Origin: a virus
Lineage: Duplodnaviria > Caudoviricetes
Length of the DNA: 35,432 nucleotides
Strand: one strand, 5' to 3'
Virus record (IMG/VR): IMGVR_UViG_3300027672_000034
Span: 1 to 35,432 of that record
Within the stretch, counting starts at the first letter, position 1. The number at the start of each line of letters is the position of its first letter. Of this stretch, positions 8,087 to 18,400 are shown in pieces. The notes beneath the pieces were generated by a model. It was not told the DNA's origin. It was given only the letters and a program-made list of their open reading frames with translations, and did not search any database. The position numbers and the translations under genes are program-made.

Positions 8087-8583
8087 GTGAAGGATTTGAT
8101 CTAAGCGGAGCGACTGTTGAAGGCGTTAGAATGGGAGTGGGCAACCACATCTGTTGGATACGTGACTTTGAATACAAAGATAATTCCAAGGGCTCTAAGC
8201 AATTGGTCGTTCAATTAGTCAGCGTTGATAATAACGGCGAGACAAAAGATTACATACAGATTGGAAACAACAACGCGACAGCAAAAGAAATTGCGATGCG
8301 GCGCTTGAAGTCTCTTCTGACCCACGCTGGCCACGTTAATCCCGACCACCCCGGCAAGCCGAGCGATCTAATTGCTTGGGCAAAACAAGGTGTAAAAGTT
8401 GGCATTCGGATGGAGATCGGAGATGACTGGGTTAATAACAAGGGAGAAACTAAAAGGGGTTCAGCTCAGCTTATGGGATTTGGAGCTTACTTCGATCCCG
8501 GCAGAGCACAGGCTGCATCCGAAGGATCGACAACCAATCAACCCGCATCAAAGCAAGACTTGGATGACGAAATACCGTTCTAA
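8083..8583 (+). CDS. single-stranded DNA-binding protein (DUF669-like)
   Basis: Acidic C-terminal tail 'DLDDEIPF'; directly follows the Sak4-like gene. Confidence 0.8.
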   Translation: MSEGFDLSGATVEGVRMGVGNHICWIRDFEYKDNSKGSKQLVVQLVSVDNNGETKDYIQIGNNNATAKEIAMRRLKSLLTHAGHVNPDHPGKPSDLIAWAKQGVKVGIRMEIGDDWVNNKGETKRGSAQLMGFGAYFDPGRAQAASEGSTTNQPASKQDLDDEIPF

Positions 8584-9061
8584 AAAGGCCAAGAATAAGG
8601 GGGGCTCACGCCCCCCGAAATCTTACTGGCCCCCAAGCAAGGAAGAGTTGGTTGAACTAATTAAATCGGGAATGCCAGATAGAATAATTGCCGAGCTTTA
8701 TCACACGTCTCGCAAAAAAGTTAGAGGTCTGCGGGCCAAGCACTTCTTGGCTCCAGCGAGACAGGCGGGATGGAGTGATGAAGAAAAAAAACTACTACTT
8801 GATCTGAGTGAAGACACGCTGACATTGGCGGATGCAGCAAGATTATTTTGTGAGACGCACGAACGAAGTTTGAAGGCCGCTGAAGTTATGTTGTTCCGCT
8901 TAGTTAAAGGGATGGTGCCAAAGGAGAGCACTGTAAAAAAGATGCGGGTATGCCTTGGCCCCAATTGTCAGGGTAAAAAAGAGTTTTTGTCTGAGGGTGT
9001 TGGCAACAGGCTATGCCCCAACTGTATCACCGCAACAACGAATTTAAATCAGGGTTTATAA
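8564..9061 (+). CDS. HTH-containing protein with a C-terminal Cys4 zinc-finger-like motif
   Basis: HTH-like 'GMPDRIIAELYHTSRKKV', 'WSDEE'; C-terminal 'RVCLGPNC...FLSEGVGNRLCPNC'. Start uncertain (8564 preferred over 8399). Confidence 0.6.
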   Translation: MTKYRSKKAKNKGGSRPPKSYWPPSKEELVELIKSGMPDRIIAELYHTSRKKVRGLRAKHFLAPARQAGWSDEEKKLLLDLSEDTLTLADAARLFCETHERSLKAAEVMLFRLVKGMVPKESTVKKMRVCLGPNCQGKKEFLSEGVGNRLCPNCITATTNLNQGL

Positions 9062-9888
9062 TGCATACCGACTTTATTAATAGTTTCAAAGATACGCTCG
9101 AAGAGGGTAAGACACGATCCGTATGGAGACGTGACTACATTGGCGCGTCAGACATCGGCCAGACATGTGATGCGGCCCTTGGATTTACGCTGCGGGAATT
9201 TCCCGGCAATCCTTTTCCCCCACATCTTCTGAGGATTTTTGAACTTGGCCACAAGATCGAAGACATTGTTGTGTCTGACATCATGGCCACCTTGGAGAAA
9301 GATCAGGATTTTATATTTGAACCCGTTGATCCCAAGACAGGTAGGCAATGGGATCACCATATGTTCGGCGGGCACTTTGTTTGCCACCCAGACGGGCGCA
9401 TTCGTTTTCCTGATGGACGCCAATGGATGGTGGAAATCAAATCGATGAACGAAAAGAAATGGGAAGATTGCGATAGACGCGGCGTGGCTATGAGCCACCC
9501 GTCTTACTACGACCAGATGCAAACACAGATGGGAATGAGCGGAAGCTCAGCCACCTTGTTCGTGTCTTACAATAAGAACACGAGTGCGTATGTGGTTCAG
9601 GTTATCGACTTCGACCTGATTCATTATTCCTCATTGCTTGCACGCGTTGAGATCGCCATGGACGGACAGCAATCCATGAAAAAAAGCCCATCGAAAAAAG
9701 GGTGGTGCAATTGGTGCTCAAAGTCAGAGGCGTGCTGGGAAGGATCAATACCAGACACTAAGCGATGCCAGAATTGTCAACATGCCTCGGCCCAAAAAGA
9801 TGGAGATTGGTGGTGTCTGAAACATGAGATTAAAGCGAACGATGTGTGTTCTTCGCATACATGGTGGGAACCAAAAAGGAAATCGTAA
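9061..9888 (+). CDS. Cas4/YqaJ-like PD-(D/E)XK exonuclease
   Basis: 'RDYIGASDIGQTC', 'RIFELGHKIE', 'HPDG', 'VEIKS', 'YYDQMQTQM', C-terminal 'CNWC...C' and 'CQNC'. Confidence 0.88.
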   Translation: MHTDFINSFKDTLEEGKTRSVWRRDYIGASDIGQTCDAALGFTLREFPGNPFPPHLLRIFELGHKIEDIVVSDIMATLEKDQDFIFEPVDPKTGRQWDHHMFGGHFVCHPDGRIRFPDGRQWMVEIKSMNEKKWEDCDRRGVAMSHPSYYDQMQTQMGMSGSSATLFVSYNKNTSAYVVQVIDFDLIHYSSLLARVEIAMDGQQSMKKSPSKKGWCNWCSKSEACWEGSIPDTKRCQNCQHASAQKDGDWWCLKHEIKANDVCSSHTWWEPKRKS

Positions 9889-10067
9889 TGGACGTTTTAG
9901 AACATTTGCGGAAGCTCCCAACAAACCACGACGGTCTTCCTTCCAGTGCGCTACGTGAATGGAAAAAGATGGTGACTGAGTATCGTCACCATAGGACGAT
10001 GCGAGAGTCTAGCCTAGATAAATTGAGAGATAGATTGCGGGGTTGGTTGGAGTTATGGGGGTCATGA
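9888..10067 (+). CDS. hypothetical protein, 59 aa
   Basis: TAATG coupling with the nuclease stop; AAGGA RBS. Confidence 0.55.
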   Translation: MDVLEHLRKLPTNHDGLPSSALREWKKMVTEYRHHRTMRESSLDKLRDRLRGWLELWGS

Positions 10068-10071
10068 TAAA

Positions 10072-10443
10072 TCAAATAGATAAATCCTTGAGCTTATCCG
10101 CTGTGGATATAAAATCCCTAATTGTAATTTTGTCTTCGTCATACATTACGGCTGTATTAAACACATATCGCTTGTTTTCCACCTGCTTAACCAAGCCAGC
10201 TTTCATAAGTATTTTTATCTTACGACGCACGCTTGAAGGTGAGATGCCTTCTATGTCAGAGATGGATTGGACGTTACATGATCCGTCGTTATATGTGGCT
10301 AACAATATGTTACGGCCCACACGCACAGCCCTTGCATCTTTTACTCCTAAACGCTCCCACTTCTTATTAGTCCTAAAAATAAAATTTATGATTAGGACTT
10401 TAATTGCAGTTACTTCTTTTTTACTCATGCAATTATTTAACAA
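10072..10443 (-). CDS. winged-HTH protein (IclR/MarR-like), AT-rich, antisense to its neighbours
   Basis: 'NVQSISDIEGISPSSVRRKIKILMKAGLVKQVENKRYV' wHTH pattern; start uncertain (10443 TTG or 10428 ATG). Confidence 0.7.
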   Translation of the reverse strand: MLNNCMSKKEVTAIKVLIINFIFRTNKKWERLGVKDARAVRVGRNILLATYNDGSCNVQSISDIEGISPSSVRRKIKILMKAGLVKQVENKRYVFNTAVMYDEDKITIRDFISTADKLKDLSI

Positions 10444-10551
10444 ATCAGAAACGTTTAATCAACAATCAAAAATATCAAAAGGTTCGTAACGAACACATAG
10501 ATTGTGGAAAATTAAATATTTTTATTTACATTACTTCAGGATGAAATTGTT

Positions 10552-10908
10552 ATGGCTAAAGTTATAGACAAAATAAATCAAAGAACAAAACAGGCTGGCG
10601 TAAAAGATGACAAGGGAAAGGCTCGTTTCGATCTTATCCCTCCCCCGGCACTGATCGCATTAGCCGAGCTATACTCTACTGGCTCCGTTAAATATGGGGA
10701 CAGAAATTGGGAGTTGGGCATGGCTTATGGACGGGTCTTTGGTGCCATGATGCGGCACTCATGGGCTTGGTGGCGGGGTGAAATTTACGACAAAGAAGAT
10801 GGACAGCATCACCTTATAAGCGTGGCTTGGTGTGCCTTTTCTTTGTTTACATTTGAGAGTACGGGGGTAGGTCAAGATGATAGAAGCAAAATTAATAACT
10901 GCGACTGA
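10552..10908 (+). CDS. dATP/dGTP diphosphohydrolase domain protein (DUF5664)
   Basis: 'GVKDDKGKARFDLIP', 'GSVKYGDRNWELG', 'AMMRH', 'D.EDG..HL..VAW' are family hallmarks. Confidence 0.9.
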   Translation: MAKVIDKINQRTKQAGVKDDKGKARFDLIPPPALIALAELYSTGSVKYGDRNWELGMAYGRVFGAMMRHSWAWWRGEIYDKEDGQHHLISVAWCAFSLFTFESTGVGQDDRSKINNCD

Positions 10909-11242
10909 GGTTGCACATCGACTCGGAATATCCCATGCTACGTTGCGAATGATGGTTGGGGAGCAGAACTTTCCATACATCTTGGTTGGAAAATCTAAAA
11001 GATTTCAGTGGCCAGCCATCAATGAATGGTTTGCAAAGCAACAGGAAAAATTGGAGAAAAAAACATGTCATTGTACAAACCAAAAGGAACACCTTATTGG
11101 TACTACGACATCACCTTCAGTAATGGTGAGCGGCGTCGAGGAAGTACCTTCACCGCCAATAAGAAAGAAGCTAAGTCCATCGAAGCGCGGGAAAGAACGA
11201 CCGAGCTTTCTAAAACTTCTAGTTCAGATCGCAAACGAATAA
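10877..11242 (+). CDS. xis: excisionase / HTH_17 DNA-binding protein
   Basis: 'LITATEVAHRLGISHATL...FPYILVGKSKRF...INEW'; directly upstream of and overlapping the integrase. Confidence 0.8.
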   Translation: MIEAKLITATEVAHRLGISHATLRMMVGEQNFPYILVGKSKRFQWPAINEWFAKQQEKLEKKTCHCTNQKEHLIGTTTSPSVMVSGVEEVPSPPIRKKLSPSKRGKERPSFLKLLVQIANE

Positions 11243-12114
11243 CAATTGATGAAGCTCTCGCTACGTTTTATCAAACTTATGCCTGCGAACTGAAGTCAGC
11301 GAAAACTCAGCTTGGGTATATGAAAATATTGCTGAACGGATTTAGTGATCGGGAGCATACCTATCTCGATCAGATCGATGATGCTGCAATTAATGATTTT
11401 GTGAACACTCAGAAGAAGCGTGATGGTATTTCAGACACTACGATTAACCGCTACCTTCAGTGTTTGAGAGCGGTCATCACACGGGCTGATCAAATATGGG
11501 GAAGAGAGACAGGTCTTAAACGAAACTTCACTGGTCACATGCTTATCGAACCAGACATTCAAGATAGATCGATCTCACGAAAGGACGCAGAGAAATTAAT
11601 TTCTTGTGCGGCTCTTCACCTTCGCCCAATTATTGCCTTTGCTTTACTAACAGGGTTGAGGAAAGGAAATATCCTTGAGCTCAAGTGGGAGCAAATCGAT
11701 TGGGAAGAAGAAGAGATCACGTTTAAGATTAAAAGTAACAAACCGGGGGGGAAGGAGTTTGTATTAGAAATGGCACCTAATGTTATTCACCTACTCACGT
11801 CTATTGGGAAGAAGGAATTTGGTCATGTCTTCCTATATGAAGGCCACCCCATTACCACGATAGATCGTTCGTTTCGGACAGCTCGTAAGGCTGCCGGGAT
11901 TAGCGTGACAAGGTTCCATGATCTCAGACATACGGCTGCGACATGGATGGTGCGAGGTGAAAAGGTTGGGAGTGGGTCACCACTTGATGTGGTTCAACAA
12001 ATCTTAGGCCATGCCTCGATTAAGACTACACAACGGTATGCTCATCGCTCCAAAGAAGAGAAGAAAGCGGCACTAGCTAAGCTAGGATCAATCGGGTCTA
12101 TTGGTTCTATATGA
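11065..12114 (+). CDS. int: tyrosine integrase
   Basis: GGAG RBS before ATG 11065; arm-binding N-terminus 'YWYYDITF..GERRRGST'; catalytic R (TGLRKG), HDLRH, LGH and Y (TTQRYAH). Confidence 0.95.
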   Translation: MSLYKPKGTPYWYYDITFSNGERRRGSTFTANKKEAKSIEARERTTELSKTSSSDRKRITIDEALATFYQTYACELKSAKTQLGYMKILLNGFSDREHTYLDQIDDAAINDFVNTQKKRDGISDTTINRYLQCLRAVITRADQIWGRETGLKRNFTGHMLIEPDIQDRSISRKDAEKLISCAALHLRPIIAFALLTGLRKGNILELKWEQIDWEEEEITFKIKSNKPGGKEFVLEMAPNVIHLLTSIGKKEFGHVFLYEGHPITTIDRSFRTARKAAGISVTRFHDLRHTAATWMVRGEKVGSGSPLDVVQQILGHASIKTTQRYAHRSKEEKKAALAKLGSIGSIGSI

Positions 12115-12255
12115 CATACTCCTACGTCATAGTATTTGGACGTGTCTGACACAATTCACGGCAGTGTCAGAGTCAACTATGACGCAAAAAGCAGACGGTC
12201 TATGCCGCACACCCCCTAAGAGTGGCGGACTTCCGGGACTAATTCATGTCAGAGT

Positions 12256-12312
12256 TGGTTGCGGGGGTAGGATTTGAACCTACGACCTTCAGGTTATGAG
12301 CCTGACGAGCTA
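12256..12312 (-). other. attP core: 3' 57 nt of an initiator tRNA-Met(CAT)
   Basis: The minus strand reads TAGCTCGTCAGGCTCATAACCTGAAGGTCGTAGGTTCAAATCCTACCCCCGCAACCA (anticodon arm, T arm, CCA). The 5' acceptor and most of the D arm are absent. It lies just downstream of int. Confidence 0.93.
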
Positions 12313-12325
12313 TGCGGCAAAGAAG

Positions 12326-12366
12326 TGAGGGAACCTGTGGTTTTTGGCAGGTTCCCTCATTTTTTT
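12326..12366 (+). terminator. intrinsic terminator, possibly bidirectional
   Basis: 12-bp perfect stem TGAGGGAACCTG/CAGGTTCCCTCA followed by T7, between the convergent int and late operons. Confidence 0.8.
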
Positions 12367-12479
12367 ACGTCATACAAAAGTTAATATTTAGTAAATTTTG
12401 CTCAAATTTTGAACGAACATGAACGAGTTTACGTCAGAGTTTTGTCAGAGTCACTCTGATCATTTAGCCTGATAGCCTA

Positions 12480-15400
12480 CTACAATCCTTTCAGCCCAGA
12501 CAGCCCACTCAATCCACCACCTCCGCTACTACTACCTGACTCACCAGCCAAGTCTTTCATTGCGTTGCGGAAGGGACGGTAGCTGGCTGCGTAAGGTATC
12601 TGTCCAGCGATGGCATTCATTGCTGTTCGCTCAGCGGCATTAGAATCTTCACGATCCATTACACCCTGTAAGACATTGGTCGCATCGACCACCAGACCCA
12701 TGCTCGGGCCGAAGACTGCACCCATCATTCGCTGAGCTCCATAAGCTCCGTTGTCTGCCCATGCGGGCAAGCTCAACAACAAGTCACCGATCAGACCAAG
12801 GCCACCAGCTTGCATCATTCCTTGCAAGTACCAGCCAAGGGCTGTATTGATATTGCCGTTGGCAAACTCACCCATGTCAACATCGATGCCCAGTGTCTCG
12901 AACATCTTTGACAGTGACCGCTCACGAAGAGCATGAGAAGAATTGTCATCACCGCCCCGAGATAAAAGAACGTCCTTCAAGGCTATAGTGCCACCTCCAA
13001 ATGCTGGAGATGCAGACAAAAGATAGAGAAGGGGCGCTATAGAGCCACCTTCACCCTTCATCCACTTACTCGCACCTTTAATTGTCTCACCCATCAAGCG
13101 ACCATACATCAGAGGGAAACTCTTGAACTGCCACAGGATAGCGCCTAGTGCCGTCTTCTGACTGAGAGGTAATTCGTTCGGGGCTGGAGCAAAGTTCGTT
13201 TCCTGAATGAATCTGTGGACGGCTGACGCTACCTCTGGATCATCCTTAAAGTCATCGATGCTATCCCTCGCTGCTCGACCACTGAATGTACCGTCGTCGT
13301 TACGCACCAACAGGCCAAGGTGGATAAGTTCTTCGCGTGCGTTGTTTAGCTCTCGTCGGCCAGCCGTTCCTTTACGGTGGATTTGCGCCATTGTCTTGAC
13401 CATCTCGAACCCGATGGCACCAGCCATACGACGTTGGCCTCCTGTCCAATTTGTCATACCGATAGATGAGAAAAAGGCGTTCCCAAGTTTGCTGTCTTCC
13501 CCACCATTCATGGCTAACATCTGTGAGTGGATGCGGTTCTCAACGTCCACCCCAATACGCTTCAACATGGCTGAATACTCAGGGCTTGAGTGCAACATTT
13601 TAATTCCAGCGACATAGTTCTTCATGCTGCCAGACCGGATCAAAGGAAGCGTGACATCGTTCAGTGAGGTCAGCAACAGGCCGCCCAATTTAGTGATGTT
13701 GTTCCAGTTCCTCATTCCCTTGGATACTTTCCAGAGAGCAGACTTGGTGTCTGCCGTTGGTTTACCTTGGGTCAGCCTCATCATGTTGTCCATATAAGTT
13801 AGATCAGCATGTGTCGGCTTAGCTCCTTCGCCAGACATATGAATCATGTTGCCAAAGTCCCGGTAGCCTTCAGCGATTGCTTCAGCCCGACGTTTGATAG
13901 CCGGTGTGACGCTACGTGTTTCAGATAGAACCATGGAGTACACAGCTCCGTATCCACCATCAGCATCGCCGCGAGCATTCTCGTAGGCAATTCTGATGTT
14001 GTTAGCCACCCGTTGAGCTTGGCCTACGTTCATTCCTTGGATGTCAACAAAGTTCAAGTCCACCTTGCCGATGCCCTCGGCTGTCTGTTGGCCGACCGTA
14101 CGAGTCGTTGTCTTGCCTTTGGCGAGGATGTCGGTAATTGCCTGCTCACCCCACTGAGCAATCTCATGATATTCCCTATACTTGTGCTCGCCGGGGCCGA
14201 AACGTGTATGTAATTCGATTTGGCGGGCAGCACCGTTCATATATTTCAACATGTTCTGTTCAAGATTGTTGTGAAGCAATGATTGAAAGGAGACACCCGG
14301 AGCCATCTCTGTCTGCAAATCTGCCATGGTATAATGGAGGACGCGAGCATGGCTAGAAAGTTCACCCGCACCAGAAGAATTCTGATCTGCATGACGAGGC
14401 AGCCACTGGCCGTCTCCATCTAGCATCCCATCGACCATATATTGTGCGTCTTGTTTTGACCGCAAGATTGCCTCTGGAGAGCCCTTTGATATCTTACGTT
14501 CCCGCTCGAACTTGCGAGTGAAGAAATCAATCAATTGGTTTCTGTACGGATCAGCTTTATTCGAGTCAAGAGCCTGTGGGTAGAACTCATTCAAATAGCC
14601 GGTGTGCATTCCTGCCGCCTTCTGATCTGCCATGATTTTATCCATGGAATTTCTTAGAGCATTGACGGCTTCTGTTGCGTGAATTCGGTCTGCTGCTGGC
14701 AGAGAATTAATCTCCGCATCGATCTGTCGTTCGATGGGACTGACATCTAAAACTCCCATCCGACGTTCGGCCACGATAGCTTGGCGAAGACGTGCCACGT
14801 TGTTGATCACCGCGTCAACTGGAGGTTGGTTGTCAACAAACTGGCCAACAGTATCTTGCTTCCACCGACGCAACATACTGTCGCGTCCTTTTGTTTTGTT
14901 GAGGGATTCCTCAACTGGGAACCAATAGCTTGCTGTCCGCTGTGGGATCGCGTCGAAAATGCCTGTGCCTGTAACGCCTTTTTCCATCCGCCCACCGATA
15001 GTATTGGCGAACCAATTGGCTTGGAATTTCTGAGACATATACTTGCCGGGAGCCTTTAATGAAAAAGCGTTAAGAATGACGTTGCCCTTGGCTGCATCAG
15101 ATGCGTGTCGGACAGCATCCATGCCTGCGGTTAGAGTTCCTGTCTGGGAGATGCCGTCTGCCATGCTAGATAACTCTTCTATGTTCATCTTGCCACGGGA
15201 GTTTAGTGCAGCAAGTATCATAGGTGTGATTGGAGATTCCATAGAATCGTCATCAATCTTAATGTCATCCATCGCCGGGTCGTGCTTCTCATTGAACTCG
15301 AATACAGATTTCACGTTGTCTTTATTAAAGATTAAAACACCGTCTTCGGTATTCATGGAGTCGAAGCCCATTGCTTTGATGACACTCTGTGCTTGTTGAG

Positions 15401-18400
15401 GATCGCCCTCAGTAGCCTCCAGAGCGGCACGCCATGTCTCTGACCCACCGGGAGAGCGAACATCTAGCATTGAGTCTGAGCGGACGAATACGGGGGTCAC
15501 ACTATCGCCCGATACAATACCATATTCATCTTCTAAAATTGCATCGACAGCTCGTAACTCATCAGTTACATCTTCACCTTGACGCGACATGCCTGTAAGC
15601 ATCTGACGCCGTGCCTGAAGGTTGGCTGCCACCGGGTTGTCTGAGACAGGAGGTTCTGCTCGTGTCTTCGGAGCTGTCGTGACTAAGGTGCCTTCACCGT
15701 ATGTTCCGGTTTGAGAGACGCCACCCCCATTACTGGAGAACTTAGGGATCGGAGCGTTGTTAGTAAAGAGGGTCGCGCTACTAATCGCCGTATCTGACAT
15801 GCCCTCGACATGTTTAGTGAATGTTTGTGCCAAGATTGAGGCCGGTACTGAGCTGCGTAGTGGTGCAGCGCCAGCGCCTTTGCGGATTTCACTGCGAAGG
15901 GCACGGTGCGTTGATGCCTGCCCGCCATTAGCAAAGACATTAAGCGCCTCGTTCTTTAGCTGGGCTGTCTTGGCTGGGTCACGATGAGCCATCGAGGAGA
16001 TTAATTCACGCTGCTCGGGAGATAGGGTATCCAAGCTCGATGTCTTGGTTGATGTGCCTTCCGCCATCTTAGCTCTAACCTTGCGATCAGCAACTTTTTG
16101 TGTGGAAGATTTTTGTGTACGCTTTAGACCTTCGTTACGATAGACCTTCTCCATGTCTCGGATCAGGGGTGAACGCAATTCCATTAGACGCTCAAGGATT
16201 AAGGTTGAGTTATGTATCGCTTCTTGGTGCATACTAGGATCGTTCGCACCTTGAGTACCATATCCTTCGAGATCATCGATAGGCGTGGCCATGTCATCAG
16301 CAGACACTTGGGCTCCGCCCGTATCGGCATCTAAGTCTTTTGCGGCTGGTTGAAATGCATCACCACGAATGGACGCACCTTGCGTGAAGCCGGGAACCTT
16401 GGCTGTCTTACCACCGAGATGGGTCAAGACACTGTTCGCTGCCTGCATCTGGCCTGCGATACCAAAGCTCTTTGGAAGCAATCGTTGCTGTGAATATAAT
16501 TCATCAATCTGTGCGTCGATTTTCGCTAGATTTTCGGCTGCTGTGTCTGCGTCAGCCGCTCCCTTCTTGCGCACGAATGTCTTGCGCTTCGCTTTGAGGG
16601 CTGTGATTTGCTTGGTCACTTCACGGCGGAACTGTGGATCAAGAGCGTCCATCGAGGATGTGCCAACGCCATCGGCTGTCGCTTCGCGTGACAGCATCCG
16701 CATAGCATCGTTCAAGCCTGCGTAAGCCATATCGATCTCGGTGATCTTATTGGCCAAGGTGCGTATGCTGGTTGACCGGGTGGCTTCCGCCGATGTCTTG
16801 CCCTTCGCCAGCACCATTGATTGGTAACCAGGAAACTGCTCAGACAACGATTGAAAACGCTGGTCTGGGAACAGGCGCTCAAAGATAGAAGTCATTTCAT
16901 CAGGAAGATCGACCAGCTCATCGCCCCATAACTTCTTCAGCGTAGAGTGCAGGCGGGTCATTACCTTGCCAATAAAGTCTTTAATGCCGGTCAGTATGGT
17001 CTGGTTTTCAGCCATCTTTTCTGGTGTGTCTTTGCCACCCAACGTCTTCGGTGTATCAAATGGATTGCTGAAACGTCCTTCAGAATTTATGCCTTCGCTC
17101 AGTATCCACCGCTCCATGGTGTGACCGAAGACTTCGCTGATGCGATTTTTACCAGTGATAGCCTGACCTTCAGGCACATCAAGGTGGAACAACTCATCAA
17201 GACGTGATGGTTGGAACTGGTCTCCGTCAAATACGTGGCTGCGTACTGATTTCAAAAAGCCAACTTGCTCGGACGGTGTCATTAAGTTTGTGAATGCCCA
17301 GTGAGAAATCTCATGGACTGCTTCAGCAAAGTCACGTTGGTTCAGGCCAAGGTTTATCTGGTTGCCAAAGGCAGCCCGGACTGTCTTATCTCCCTTGGTT
17401 GCTGTGGCATACGGCTGTATGAACGAGCTGTCTCCATTTCTTACGTCAAGGACTTGAGCTCTGCTTCCACCAGCATCCTCAACAAATTTTGCACCCGCTG
17501 CCTTCGAGAAGACCCGTGGCCCTTCTGTTCCGCGCATAGCCAACATTACCTGACGCATGAATGTCTTAATACTAGCGCCTTCACGGTTGTCTTTGTTCAG
17601 AGAGAACGGTTTGTTCTGCCATTTGTCATTCATAATTCCGTTCAATCGATCAATGGACTCACGACGCTCCCAATTGTGCAGCTTGCGCTCTGGTAGGTAG
17701 TCAGACATACGCTCCATGACAGAAATAAACTGATCGAAGTCATCGGCTGTTTGAAGATTGAGGTTTGCTTGGCTGTTGCCCATCTCCATCTCGGTGTTCA
17801 TCATATCCCAAGCATCCCAAAGGTCTGCCTTGGTATTAATGTCACGAGCATAGAACTGGCTAATCTCGCCCATCAATCCGTCATCGATGCCATGTTCTTC
17901 TACTGCCAAGGCACGCATGTCACGAGCGATGGGGGGAAGATCGGCATCTATGATGCCGTCGATGGCGTTGCCTGTACGGTAGGCGTCAACCATCTTCAAG
18001 ACACCGGGAGGTGCCTCTGGAACTGATTGAGATGCCAAAGCAAACATGCCCCGTGCAACCCGTGGCTCGATGGTGCCAGCGACCATTGCGTTGAATGCTT
18101 CTTCAACTATCTTTTGAGGATCGTCTGACTTGAATAGTTCAGGGTTTGTCTTCCGCGCTTCTTGCACAGATGGGTATGCATCAAACTGCTCGGCAAAATT
18201 TTGCACAGCGAAGCGGGTCGTGTCTGGCATGTTGGGTACGCGAGCGTCTTCACGGGTCTTTAGATCGTTCATGATGGCTCGCAATGTGCCGAACAGACCG
18301 TTAGTGTCCTGCTTTTCTGAACCCCAAATAGTTTCATCTATGAGCTTGAATGCTTCGTTTCGGTTTTTGCCTGTGAACTTCTTACGCATCCGGTTAAGGA

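Larger units (their letters stand above)
12110..12460. repeat. putative integrase arm-type binding sites (YGTCAKAGT-like)
   Basis: TGTCAGAGT at 12165, 12247 and 12443; CGTCAGAGT at 12432; CGTCATAGT ~12125; CGTCATAC ~12368; inverted copies ACTATGACG ~12176 and ACTCTGA 12453. Confidence 0.7.

Noticed and set aside
11054-11067. Programmed -1 frameshift fusing xis to int at GAAAAAAAC
   Set aside because: The A run is not phased as a canonical X_XXY_YYZ site in the xis frame, and GGAG plus ATG 11065 explains independent int initiation.
12256-12312. Functional phage-encoded tRNA-Met
   Set aside because: The 5' ~20 nt (acceptor 5' strand and most of the D arm) are missing; it is an att core.
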